Source of the DNA: Nemertoderma westbladi
Lineage: Eukaryota; Animalia; Xenacoelomorpha
Direction: 5' to 3'
Length of the DNA: 50,414 nucleotides
Assembly (NCBI GenBank): GCA_032718475.1
Contig: JAUCBJ010008676.1
Coordinates: 1 to 50,414 of the forward strand
The translations under genes and the position numbers were made by a program. Under the pieces are notes generated by a model that saw only the letters and a list, made by a program, of their open reading frames with translations, made no database searches and was not told the DNA's origin. Shown one piece after another: positions 24,450-36,490 of this stretch (the stretch's first letter is position 1; the number at the start of each line of letters is the position of its first letter).

Positions 24450-25664
24450 TGTAAAAGCTTTTACTGAATTGTCCGGTTATTTTTCCTTATTTTTCCCGTA
24501 AAGTACTCTGTAGTTGGTTTACCAGGCATAAAAAGGCCGTGTCCTTGCTGTACTGGTGTTTTAGCGGACATAAGAGCTATTTCTTCTGTATTTGTACTTT
24601 AGAGGACATAATCCGTAATTCCGTGACGTAAAAGCTCGATACTCTTGAAAACAGTGTCGCTACCATGACGACAGCTAGCAGCTGATATTGCCACGTCGAC
24701 GTTTCTTTGTTTCTCTGTTCTCTCGTTGTTCAGGTTGACCAATCAGAGCGTTTGTTGTCTTTGTGTTGGAGGTATATACAGAAACTCAGTAGTTCAGTGT
24801 TATGTTTTTTGCCCAGAGCCTAAGAACCGGCTTTGGCACCTCCGTGTTTTCAGTTTTTAGTCTTACACTAGTAGGTTTAATTATAAAGGGCATATATCCT
24901 TTAACTACCTGACTCATGGAATCACTGCTGACTGATCATACATACTGACTGCTGAAACATTGCAAACTCATAACAATCAGTGTTTTCATTGTTGTTTTAT
25001 ACTGCTATTTACTGTCAGTTCTTCATAACATGGTTGATGAATTATTATATTTGGAATAACGATAAATAACCCCGAAACCCAATATTCTTGATATACCGAA
25101 GGTAAGAGAGAAGGGTTACAGATAAACGATTGTGACTTATGTTAAAGTGGTTTGAAGTGAATCTAATGTTATTTGATAGACCCTACATGAGTCAGTCTGT
25201 GTTCCTTTTATATGTGACTAAAATCAGTGAAGATTGGCAAATTAGTGTGCAGTATTGTGCAGCATTGTGTATGAGTGAGTCTGTTAAAGAAGCATTCCTA
25301 AAGAATGCGCCATATATGTGAATTATAATTGAGCCATATCGTTGTGAGTAGTTTAAGTCATAACTCTGTTTATATAGATAAAGCGCCACGTCCTAAAGGA
25401 ACTGTTAATATTCCCGAAGGTAAATAATATTGTCAGAGATTATATAATACTGTCAGTCGAATAATACATTAGGCTTACATAGCAACAAAATTAAACCGTC
25501 GAACCCAATCTCCCGGGAATATCCAGCGGGTGAATGGTCGCGCACGGATTGGTTTCGACTAGTGTAGTGAATCAGATACTTGTCATAGGCTAAAAAGCGA
25601 TTTAATATCTAGAAGACATCTTAATTTGGCGGGTTAAACTGCCAAAGGTCTAAAAGCGCGAACA
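24450..25664 (+). repeat. 3' LTR of the nested element
   Basis: Copy of 13058-14272 at offset 11392; identical small ORFs are predicted in both copies. Confidence 0.95.
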
Positions 25665-26553
25665 CCCGGAATTTCTGGGGTTTGAAGTCGATACCGCCGT
25701 TGAGCACAGCGAGGTAGCCGATCCCTGATTTCGTCGGTCTCACCTCTTGGAATCCTCGCATGAACTCGGCGAATCGTAACCAGGCTAGTAGCGTTTGAGT
25801 GTCGATGCAATGGCTAAGGGCGTTGAGGTCGTCTCGTCGGTTTCTTCCTGCAGGAGCGTTCGCGTAGTCGTTCCGGACGTCCGCCTTGATATCCGACCCG
25901 ATTTTAATGACGTCGAAGTCGAAGAGGATCTTTTGGATTTCCGGAGGCAGCAACCAGATCGCTCCGGCTGCCTGCACTTCCTGTCTGGGTGTCGGGAATA
26001 TTCGGCACACCAGTACCAAACCGTCCAGGGTTCCGAGGACGACGACTAAGGATCGACCGTATTCTTTCGCCCCATACTTTTCCTGGTAGTCGTCGCGGTT
26101 CTGGATAATCGATACGCGTTCCTATCGAAGCGTTGCCGTACACTCCGACAGGTTTCCCCAGTGGGCGAGGTACGTACTCTTGTCGTCGACGAAACTTTGA
26201 CATCTCGCCAACGTAATCGCTTTCGAGGTGGGCGTCGCGTTTCCCTCGTTGTCGTAGATCAAACATTGGGATCTGTAGACGTTCTGCCGGAACGTTTCCC
26301 AAAACGACGAATCATCCCCTCCGGTTGCCTTTGCGTTCCGAGTTCTTTTCAGTCTCGTACTAGCATCGGCTAACCGGAGGGCTCGTAGATTCTTAGAATC
26401 CGGTCCCTCTCGCCCGGTGAATTTAATGACTCGCACGTTCTCATTTAGTAGGGTGCTCCAATTTGTATCGAAGTCAGGGGATCCGGGTTGCGAATATTCC
26501 AGTAGATCTATCGTGTTACGTAATTCGCCGATAATTTGGCGATTTGGGTCCAT
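25665..26553 (-). pseudogene. 5' part of the accessory ORF: DEDDy-like (WRN/EXD-type) 3'-5' exonuclease domain with one in-frame TAG at 26122-26124
   Basis: ORFs 26122..26553 and 25621..26019 share a frame; motifs CLIYDNEG (Exo I), LPPEIQKILFDFDVIKIGSDIKAD (Exo II), CIDTQTL and SGIGYLA. Confidence 0.75.
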
Positions 26554-27104
26554 ATTTACGATTATATCCGTTACAAATTAGTTCAGTTAATTATAAGTCC
26601 AGAAAGTCTGAAACTATAGCGATAGCAGAATAATTCAGTTTTTTATTTAATTCAGTTTATTAAATAATATTGCTATATAGACATCTATCATCTTATTGCT
26701 AATACATTCAGCATTTACAGTTACTATAGCTATACATAATATCCAACCAGTTTTTTATGACTTTTTTGTCCTTTTCATTTTTCTAATTCTTTTCTTTAGA
26801 CCTTTTTATACCTTTTTTTTGTCTTTTTTCATTTCATTATTATTTCACCACATTTCATTTATTTCCACATATTTCAACACATTTATTTCCACCATTTATT
26901 TCACATTTATTTATTTCCACATCATCATTGGGTTTATAGCCCCCCGGCTATCATCATTGGTTATAAGCGCAGCACCAGGGTGCGCATCATTACATTTTCA
27001 TCATTATACGCGTCATCATTCAGGTTTATAGTAGAGTTGTCTGATCCTTTTCATCATTTCCAACTATATTCAATCATTTTCTTTGGTTAATCTTTGTCGT
27101 GGAA

Positions 27105-27525
27105 GGGGTGTTACGCGGCAATCTGGGATCTACAGCTGGACTCGTTACACCGCCTACGCCCCAAACTGCGCACGTAACGGACAATGAAGACGCTGAGAGT
27201 GAAGTCACGTGGATGCACCAGGGACCCACCAGAATAACACTCCCAACAACATAAAGCTCAGTCGACGAAGTCATGTGGGATGGGGTTACGCAACATTCTG
27301 GGATCTACAGCTGGACTCGTTACACCGCCTACGCCCCAAAATCCACGTAACGGTCCCACCAGAATAACGCGACTGAGAACATAAAACCCTCTATCTTCGA
27401 AGTCATGTGGATGCACCATGGACCCACCAGAATAACGGGATAGAGGGGGTGTTGCGCGGCAATCCGGGATCTACAGCTGGACTCGTTACACCGCCTACGC
27501 CCCGAACTGCGCACGCAACGGACAA
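27105..27525. repeat. Three ~170-bp degenerate direct repeats in the spacer between pol and the accessory ORF
   Basis: GGATCTACAGCTGGACTCGTTACACCGCCTACGCCCC at ~27127, 27301 and 27468. Confidence 0.85.
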
Positions 27526-27803
27526 CATAACATACTGCGATGAATACAATGAATTCCACATCTTTTCCATTTCCAATAATCCAATATCGTTGGTCCCAAT
27601 GACCAAAATCAGGGTAAACAATGCATAAACGACCTAGAAACATCTGCAGGGTGACGCTGGACTCCACATAACACACGAGGAAACACAAATACCATTGCGT
27701 GGTTACAGTTGGTTTAAGGGGGGTCCATAACTCATTGTCAGTAAATCACAGTTTAAAAGAGTTTGTCAACATGATGAGAAGGGTTTAAACGCATTTGTCA
27801 TTG

Positions 27804-30174
27804 TCACCAATGTCCACAGCAGGATCTTGAGTAGGGATCACCGCTATCATTGCCTTCAAGAAGGCACAGCCTCTGGATGGGGCGTTGGTAGTGGCCCGAT
27901 TTCGTTCGTATCGTCACAGTCCTCGCAAGTCCATCTTTGCTTGGGTGTATGGTCACGACCCGCGCCACAGGCCAGTGAACGCGGTCTTTGAGATCTTCTT
28001 TAACTAGTACCATGTCGCCAACTGCGACGTTCCGGTAGGTGTTGTTCCATTTCCTCCTGGTCCGGAGGGTTATGAGGTACTCCTGGGCCCAAATTCTCCA
28101 CCAATGCGCTGCCAACGCTTGGGCCTTTTTCCAGTTTGTATGTTTCGCGATCTCGTTGGGATCCGGGAACATGGTTTCCGGGAGAACGTGGGTTTTGGGT
28201 CTCCCCAGTAGGTGGTTAGGAGTGAGGGGCTCCAGGTCTGTGGGGTCGTCGCGGATAGGGACAATGGGTCAGTTGTTCAAGGTAGCCGTGATCTCGCAGA
28301 ATGTTGTGCGGAGGGTGTCATGGGTTACCCGGGTATCACCTAGAGCGACGCGCATGGATCGTTTCACTAGGTCGATCAGTTTCTCCCATACCCCGCTCGT
28401 ATGGGGTGCTAAGGGGGTCTGGAAGTGCCACTGTATCTGGTGTTCCTTCCAGACTTGGGATGCGGTGTTATCGGTAAACCATCCCTCGATCGCCTCTCTA
28501 AGTTCTCTTTCTCCTCCCACAAAGTTTGTACCATTATCGGAATACATGTGGCGGCATGTCCCGTTGTTCGCCACAAACCGACGCAGAGCGTTGATGAATG
28601 CGTGTTGTGTCAGATTTACCACGATATCTAGGTAAATTGCCCTAGACCTTAGGCAGGTGAAGATGGCTCCCCAGCGTTTGATGTTGGATCGTCGTTCAAT
28701 AACCGTGAACGGTCCGAAACAGTCCACTCCGGTGACGTAGAATGGTGGGGAATCCGCTTGTAGACGGGTGGCTGGTAAGTCGGCCATCTTTTGGGTGATT
28801 GGTGGCGCTAGGTAACGTCTGCAGGTGAAGCAACGTTTCAACACTTTCCGGATCAGTGGCTGGATGTGGGTGATCCAATATCTTTGTCTTATATTAGCTA
28901 TAATCCAATTCTGTCCTGCGTGGTGGTTGTCCTCGTGACATTGTAGAATTAATAGCTTAGCTAGTGTCGACGTTCCGGGCAGAAGCGCCGGGTATTTAAC
29001 CTCATATTCGACCGGGGCGTTTGCCATCCGGGTATTCAGTCGGATCAGTCCGTCCTCTCCCATCATTGGTCTCAGTTGGTAGACTGGGCTGTCCGGTTTC
29101 AACGTTTTGCCCGCACTAAGTTGTTCCCATTCATTGGGGAAACTTTCTTTCTGGACATATCTAACAATACACTTCTCCGCGATAATAAGTTCTTGTATAT
29201 TCCGTTGAACTATCGGTTTGTTGTTTTTCCACCGTAGGAAGTTGTGAAGGGTTATAACGTGGTGGACGAGCCGTCTCATGGATGAAGTTCGCTCGATCAA
29301 CCGATGTAAAGACGCCGCTAGTTGAGTGATCGTCGCGACGTTATAGTGCCTGCCCGAGTCCTTTGCAGGCTCAGTCAGACAACTATAAATTTCCACCGCG
29401 TTGCTTCGATGGACTTTACGGATCTCTTTATCGTCCTCGGAGTATTTTCCGCTATCGAGTTCGGGGTCGAATCGGGTACTCCATGTTAATTGTGGCTGCC
29501 GTAGGAATTCCGGGCCTGTAAGCCAGAGTTTACTCTTACCGAGTTGTTTTGGGGTGGCGCCTCGGCTTGACAAGTCCGCTGGGTTTTCCTTCCCGTTCAC
29601 GTGATGCCACTGTTCTCGGCCGGTACACTGTTTAATCTCCGTGGCTCGGTTTGCAACAAACGTGGTGTGACGCCGTGATGGAGAGTGGAGATAATAGAGA
29701 ACTATACTCGAATCGACCCAGAAGTGTTGAGATTCTATGGGGATCCGTAGGTTCCGCATGACCATGCGATTCTGTCTTACTGCCCAAACTGCAGCTTGTA
29801 GCTCGAGTCTCGGAATCGTTGCTACGAATTCCCCGGATACTGTCTTTGCTTTGGAGAATAAGAAGCTTGTATCGCCGTTTCCATCGTTACTTAGTCTCCG
29901 TAAGAAGGTGACTACGCCGATTCCGGTATTCGTAGCATCCGAAAAGGTGTGGAGCTGGAAGATATCGGTGGGCAATTTATCTAGGAAGAACGGTCTAGGT
30001 ATCCGCATAAGATGTAGGTGTTCGAGCTGCTCCGTCCATTTTCTCCATTTGACGCTGAGGTATGGGGGGAGCTCGTCGTCCCATCCCAGTCCTTCTATCC
30101 ACATTTCCTTAATCAGGTTCATTCCGGCCAAGGTTACTGGAGAGATGAAATTTAGTGGGTCGAAGATGGCGCTT
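27804..30174 (-). pseudogene. BEL/Pao pol 3' half (RNase H/peptidase A17 region, integrase, DUF5641-like C-terminus), 5'-truncated, one nonsense codon
   Basis: IFDPL, LHTFSDA, TIPRLELQAA, WVDSSIVL, FVANR, NPADLSSRG, HEDNHHAG...CFTC, GVDCFGP, SDNGTNF, GVWEKL. TGA at 28269-28271 replaces R of LNNRP, and the frame continues LTPNHLLG...RPIQRLCLL. Confidence 0.93.
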
Positions 30175-30184
30175 GGTCGAAGAT

Positions 30185-30958
30185 GGAACTCAGTTAATAT
30201 AATGTAACTGATATATACTTTAGGAACTCAGTTAATATAATGTAACTGATATATACTGTTGGAACTCAGTTAATATAATGTAACTGATATATACTGTAGG
30301 AACTCAGTTAATATAATGTAACTGATATATACTGTAGGAACTCAGTTAATATAATGTAACTGATATATACTGTAGGAACTCAGTTATTATAATGTAACTG
30401 ATATATACTGTTCGAACTCAGTTAATATAATGTAATTGATATATACTGTTGGAACTCAGTTAATATAATGTAACTGATATATACTTTAGGAACTCAGTTA
30501 ATATAATGTAACTGATATATACTGTTGGAACTCAGTTAATATAATGTAACTGATATATACTGTAGGAACTCAGTTAATATAATGTAACTGGTATATACTG
30601 TAGGAACTCAGTTAATATAATGTAACTGATATATACTGTAGGAACTCAGTTAATATAATGTAACTGATATATACTGTAGGAACTCAGTTAATATAATGTA
30701 ACTGATATATACTGTAGGAACTCAGTTAATATAATGTAACTGCTATATACTGTAGGAACTCAGTTAATATAATGTAACTGATATATACTGTAGGAACTCA
30801 GTTAATATAATGTAACTGATATATACTGTAGGAACTCAGTTAATATAATGTAACTGATATATACTGTAGGAACTCAGTTAATATAATGTAACTGATATAT
30901 ACTGTAGGAACTCAGTTAATATAATGTAACTGATATATACTGTTGGAACTCAGTTAAT
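30185..30958. repeat. 38-bp tandem satellite, ~20 copies
   Basis: Unit GGAACTCAGTTAATATAATGTAACTGATATATACTGTA with the internal inverted repeat TCAGTTA...TAACTGA. Confidence 0.96.
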
Positions 30959-31785
30959 GTAATATAATTTAATGTTATATTTTGTTTATGTTTGTTTGTA
31001 AATGTAACTGATATAATTGATTAAAGTTTAATCTGAAAATGAATTGATATATTTAGTTTCATTTATAACGAACCTGCCTATTAATAGGCCAGAGTAGTTT
31101 TTGTCAAGAGTTGAGCCGTTCAAAAACACGATGGGGGTGTGTAGGTGAACCGGTTCAAACAGGGGACAATTGCATGAATACACAGCGACAAACCGGGGAC
31201 GATCTACAATCCGGGGACATCCCCGAAATGAAAAGATATCAAAAATAGAATCTACGTACTAAAATTAATGGATTCTGAAAATTTCAGATCATTTCGGCGA
31301 TGTCCCCTGTTCAACCCAAACCTGTCAAATACGTGTGTAAATTTGTGTTTGAGTTTTGAAAATTTCACTGACCCCAGTATAATGCGATAGTTTCAAATGT
31401 ACCCTTTTCCATACATATAATATAACATTCCAAACACACGTTGTAGTATGGGTGCAGTTGTTCAATGTGGGGACTGGAATCTACAATGTAATTAATATTG
31501 TGATCTAATTTAACATTTTGACCACAAGCAGGAGTATGTGTCGCATGGTTCAAAATTGGACTAGGGAAGAAATAATGTCATCTGCCATCAGTGAATACCC
31601 CGGCAATTATGCCTGTATTTATAAATCGTTGGATAAATCGTTCGACGTTCGACCAGTAACTGATTTACATATCAATCTTTAAACGTAAATGGAGAATATC
31701 AATATGTTCCCATGGAAGGACATCTAAACTCAGTTGAACTAAATGATATATTAGACAAAAATATGGATTATATACTCACTACCGA

Positions 31786-34298
31786 ATGAGATTCGGGAAT
31801 AAGAGGAAGTGGTACCAAATTACAGCGGTATTCAATGTCAGCAAGGGTAAGTTTATTCTTTCATTAGGACTAATTATACTTTAATTCAATTCAATTTATT
31901 CAATTTTATTTCCAATTAAATCCAATTTATATTTTTTATTGTAATTTATTTAATTTAATAAATATAATTAGATTTAATAAAATGTAATTTAATGTAATCA
32001 ACTGTACTGTGACAGTTGGCAGTTCCATGTAGACCTACAAGCAAGGTGTAGGTGTAGATACTTTAATAAAAATTCAAGATTTTATTTCGTCAATGCAGTG
32101 TTAAAAACTCGGCAGAAATCACGATCGACAATCTTAAAACATTAATATATTTGCCGTAACAGCTGAGCAGAAAACAGCAGCCTATCACTCTCCCAACATA
32201 CTTACACAGAAAATATCCCCCTTCGTAGTTGTACAGTAGGCCTACATACTGTACATTATGGCGGTGCGTTTTTTACTTTTTTTCGATTTCATTGTTCTAC
32301 CGGTGCACAAAAGTTGCCAAATGGTAAAAAATTAAGGCAAACAAAATTTCTATAAATTTTGTCTATATCTTCACGGATCCCAAGGGGGTTGAAATTTTGA
32401 GCCATCGCGATGCACCATAATGAAATTTATAACTATATAACACATTGATGAAAGATCAATGACTCAAGAAAGAACTCCCTGCATGCATAAAATGTCATCA
32501 AATGGGTTCAAACTTAGTTAGAAACCAAAATTTTGATTTGTGGATCAAGGGAACTAGTGCCACAGGCACATGGGCAGAACCTACCCTTTGGCGCAAGTGA
32601 CGATTATTCTCAATTTTCGCGATGGCCAACTTTTAGTTCTCCTACTGCTTTAATATTATGCTCATTAGAACCGCAATGACCGATTTAGTGGGAGTAGACA
32701 CCATCAAAACAAGCATAGAGCGAATAGTTCTTGAGATATCGCTGAAAATATGAAGTCCGGCACAAGTCTACATTACCGCCTCAATGTAGTGGGTGTAGAC
32801 ACCTTCAAAATAAGAGTAGAGTCAGTAGTTCTTGAGCTATTTTACAAAATGTCCACAAATTTATTGATACTTGATATTGAGATTGAGTTGACCCATTCCA
32901 CACATTTCGTACAAAAACTATAGTGAACTAATCACTACTCTTTCATTTTCAAGGTGTCTGTATAGAGTACACTAAATCAATTTCTTGCAGTGATGTGTAT
33001 TTTTTTGATGCCTTAAGATAATTCAAAGTATCATTGTTAGTGTATTTGCCCATATCGCTTCAAGGCGATAATGTAGACTTGTGCCGGACTTCACAATTTC
33101 TGCGATATCTAAATCGGTCATTGTGGTTCTAATGAGCATACTATTAATGCAGTAGGAGTACTAAAAGTTGGCCATCGCAAAAATTGAGAATAATCGTCAC
33201 TAGCGCCAAAGGGTAGGTTCTGGCCATGTGCCTGTGGTACTACTGTAGTTCCCTTGATCCAAAATTTAAAATTTTGGTATCTAACTAAGTTTGGACCCAT
33301 TTGATGACATTTGATGCATGCAGGAAGTTCTTTCTTGCGTCATTGATCTGTCATTAATGTGTTTTATTGTTATAAATTTCATTGTGGTGCATTGCAAAGG
33401 CTTAAAATTTCAACCCCCTTGGGATCTGTCAAGATATCGATGAAATTTAGAGAAATTTTTTTTGCCTTAATTTTATACCATTTGGCAACTTTTGTGCACC
33501 GGTAGAACAATGAAATCGAAAAAAATAAAAAACGCACCGCCCTAACATACATACAATGTAAATATCGTATGTCTTGCCGCTTTCCTATTGGAGGTATACT
33601 TTAACCTCATTAAAATGACCTACTTAATTTTACATGTTTGGTCTAAAAAATTTAAAAGAATACATTGAGCCGATAATAATTCAATTTTCATTCAATAATT
33701 ATTATTTTTCCTTACAGATTACAAAGAAATAGAATTAATTGCATTACAAAAGAGTGCGCAATTGACGGAGCTGAGCCTATTTGATGTGGGGGATGATGAT
33801 GAGAGTGACGTAGTTTCAGAATTAATTGGACAATCACCATCGCCAGTGACGAAGATTGAACCAGAGATTTCTGGTCGGCACAGCGTAGAACTACAGGGCC
33901 CTTCTACTACTACCACTCAGTACGATGCGCTACAAACTATTAATTTACAGGAGCTAATTAAGGCGTCAGCAAGACTTAAGGAGTTAGGCGAAGCCCACGA
34001 GAAGCTCCAGGACAAGTTAAAAAAGAAAAAGAGGGCGTTTTCGGAGCTCTATAATGAGCACGAAAAATTGAAGATCACACATACTGTAGTTCTTGTAGGA
34101 AACTTGAAGAAGTGTCTACATTTCTACAAGAACTTGTGCGCAAAGCGCCATCCAATGCTGTTGTTGTCGAAAAAGTTGTCCAACCACAACAGACTCAAAC
34201 TCAACCATTATCCCCACAGTTATCTGTTGCGCCATCAGATTCTGGATCGGTTAAAGTTCACCGCGATTGGGATGTTTATATACTCAAAGAAAACCTTC
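31786..34298 (+). pseudogene. Degenerate spliced gene (exons ~31786-31846 and 33718-34298, probably more): acidic stretch plus coiled coil
   Basis: Donor GTAAGT at 31847 and acceptor ttacAG at 33717 join in phase 1 (...FNVSK-D-YKEIELIAL...). A frameshift near 34085 links ORFs 33762 and 34112; donor GTAAGT at 34299; downstream sequence has stops. Confidence 0.55.
32259..33542. mobile_element. Foldback/MITE-like non-autonomous DNA transposon with ~430-530-bp inverted arms
   Basis: The arm GGCGGTGCGTTTTTT...ATGACCGATTTAG is mirrored at 33110-33542, with an extra inner inverted block. Flanked by TA; superfamily not resolved. Confidence 0.85.
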
Positions 34299-36093
34299 GT
34301 AAGTAAATTGTCGCCTATATTATTCGAAAATTGATAATATTTTTAAAGTATTTATATAACATGATGTTCATTATTGTATAATACTGTATATGCAAAACTT
34401 AACACAGATTTTAACTTTTAGCTGCGCTTGTTAATTACAATACAAACATAAAGTCAAATTATCACTGAATGAGAAACAGAAACAACGGAGGTACCCCAAA
34501 GGCCAGTTTTATCTGTAACTTTAGGGCAGAGAGGGCGCACTCCATAAACATTGCTTGGCTAAACATTCCACGGCACCGCTGGGTATGATAACCCACGAGA
34601 AAGTAAGTCTTCTTGTTTATAGAGACTCTAATCGCATAAAGCATTATCACCCGCAGTGTGAAGTTACATTACAGCAATGAATCCCAGTTCCACCTTGAGG
34701 CCCACAAAGTAATTTCCAGTTTCGAATAAAAATACGTGTTATTACAAGTAAAATGCATTCTCCCGAATATTGAATTGTAGCCTCCATACTTCCTTTCTAT
34801 ACTACATTTATTCGGATAGGTGAAGCGAACATTTTTACTGGTTTACTCCTTTTTCCCTGTCCAAATCTTTTGCCGTAGTTAATACTTGTTAGTTTTTGCA
34901 TAGGAAATGTTCCAGAACATGTTAACTATTTATTTTGAAAAAAATAATGTTCTGGAACAAATATTTTTTGTTCTAGAATATTTTTTAGAAAAAATCTGGA
35001 TTCTATTTAAAACGCATGGAATCGTTCTAAAACGTGTTTAAAATCAATAAAAAAAATTGTGTATTTTAATGGATGAACATAATTGTTTTTTTAATTAAGC
35101 CTATATAAATTAGGCCTATTTATTTTTTGGATAATCTAAATATTTTGATCTCAATATAAATAATTTCGGAAAAAAATATGTTTTTTTATAGTGCCAAAAT
35201 ATGTTATACAACATAAATTTGGTGCAGAAAGTATTTATCTTGCTCTGGGTAGGAACTAATTAGCATTGTATAGAGCAATAAACGACCCCCCCAGTAGTAG
35301 GAGAAGCATAGATCTCACACAACTCCTCCCTAGCTTGGGCTACGGGTTGCATCTCGGAGGGCTATTAAAAAGGTGCTAAATCGCGATGTTTAATGACCAT
35401 CTGTCACCATCAATATTGATTCGCGTTGTTGCCTTCAACCAATCGTTGCTTATCACCTACGCGTAGCCTAACCTCGCGATGCCTGCCTTACTCGACAACT
35501 GTTACCACCCGTGAGTATTGATTCGCGTTGTTGCATCAACCAACCATCGCATAGTCATCTTCGCGTAACCTAACTTCGCGATGCATGGCTAGCCCCCACT
35601 ACGCTATTATATTATATATCGATTGCCAACTCACCACCACCACCGCTAGCCACGGCTACTCCTCGACGGCTGTCGCCAAACCAATCAATCCAACCAACCA
35701 AGCCGCCTACCAGTAGTCCAACGCTATTATGATACGTGTTGAAATTCCGCCACGTTCCAGCTACACGTATACGAACAACATTTCCATAGTAGTTACTCAA
35801 GCTAACCGATCCCGCAGCATCTGTGCCATATTGAAAGGCTTCCACCGCTAACATTATACTGTGCGTTTTTTATTATAATAATTATTGATTACAACCCTAT
35901 GATTCATATTCTTTCACGTATTTCCTATCCATGCAACCAACCAACAATTCATCCACGTTGCACTCCATCTCTTTTCTTATTCGTCGATGATTATGACACG
36001 AACCATCTCTTCTTCGTTGACTACGTGCCACATCGCAAATTTATATATATAAGTGAATGTTTTTAATAAAATTCATCACTTGTAATCTTCATG

Positions 36094-36430
36094 GTAATAT
36101 ATTGATACCATATCTAATTTTTTTGTTCTCACTCTGACATTGTGTTATTTCCTTAATAATTTCTTCATTATCTTACTAGTTGTATATATAAGTGGTCAGA
36201 AATTCATACAAGAGCGAAGATGATACCTAACGATGCCGTACTTCGCAGTACACAGATTACATGAATCATTTTATTTTTCTTAACGGGAGAACGTCAAAAA
36301 TAAAATGACTCATGTAATCTGTGTACTGCTAAGTACGGCAAAGTTAAGTATCATCTTTTGTCTCGTGTTAGTTTCTGACCACTTATATATACCCAATTTT
36401 AGAGTGAGAACTATGGTGTCAATTTATTAC
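36094..36430. repeat. Long imperfect palindrome upstream of the PC4/PolB cassette
   Basis: Core 36182-36391 GTATATATAAGTGGTCAGAAA...TTTCTGACCACTTATATATAC has ~95-bp arms around a short loop; outer arms GATACCATA..GTTCTCACTCT / AGAGTGAGAACTATGGTGTC. Confidence 0.88.
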
Positions 36431-36490
36431 AGCGATACGGTTTAAAATTTATCACTTGTAATATTTTTCGTATTTATTATTATTATTATT

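Larger units (their letters stand above)
13058..25664 (+). mobile_element. Nested non-autonomous BEL/Pao LTR retrotransposon with both LTRs intact
   Basis: Two 1215-bp TG...CA LTRs, 5-bp TSD CCCGG (13053-13057 and 25665-25669), BEL-type gag-protease ORF, PPT-like TGGGAGCGG before the 3' LTR. Confidence 0.95.
9911..30184 (-). mobile_element. BEL/Pao LTR retrotransposon (outer element), 5'-truncated, with an accessory exonuclease-zinc-finger ORF and a nested insertion
   Basis: Minus-strand order: RNase H/integrase pol, spacer, accessory ORF (26553-25665 + 13052-11359), PPT, LTR bounded by TGTTCGC...GCGAACA. Confidence 0.8.

Noticed and set aside
31213-31308. Short inverted repeat GGGGACATCCCCGAAATGA / TCATTTCGGCGATGTCCCC
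   Set aside because: Probably a MITE remnant, but ends and TSD could not be defined.
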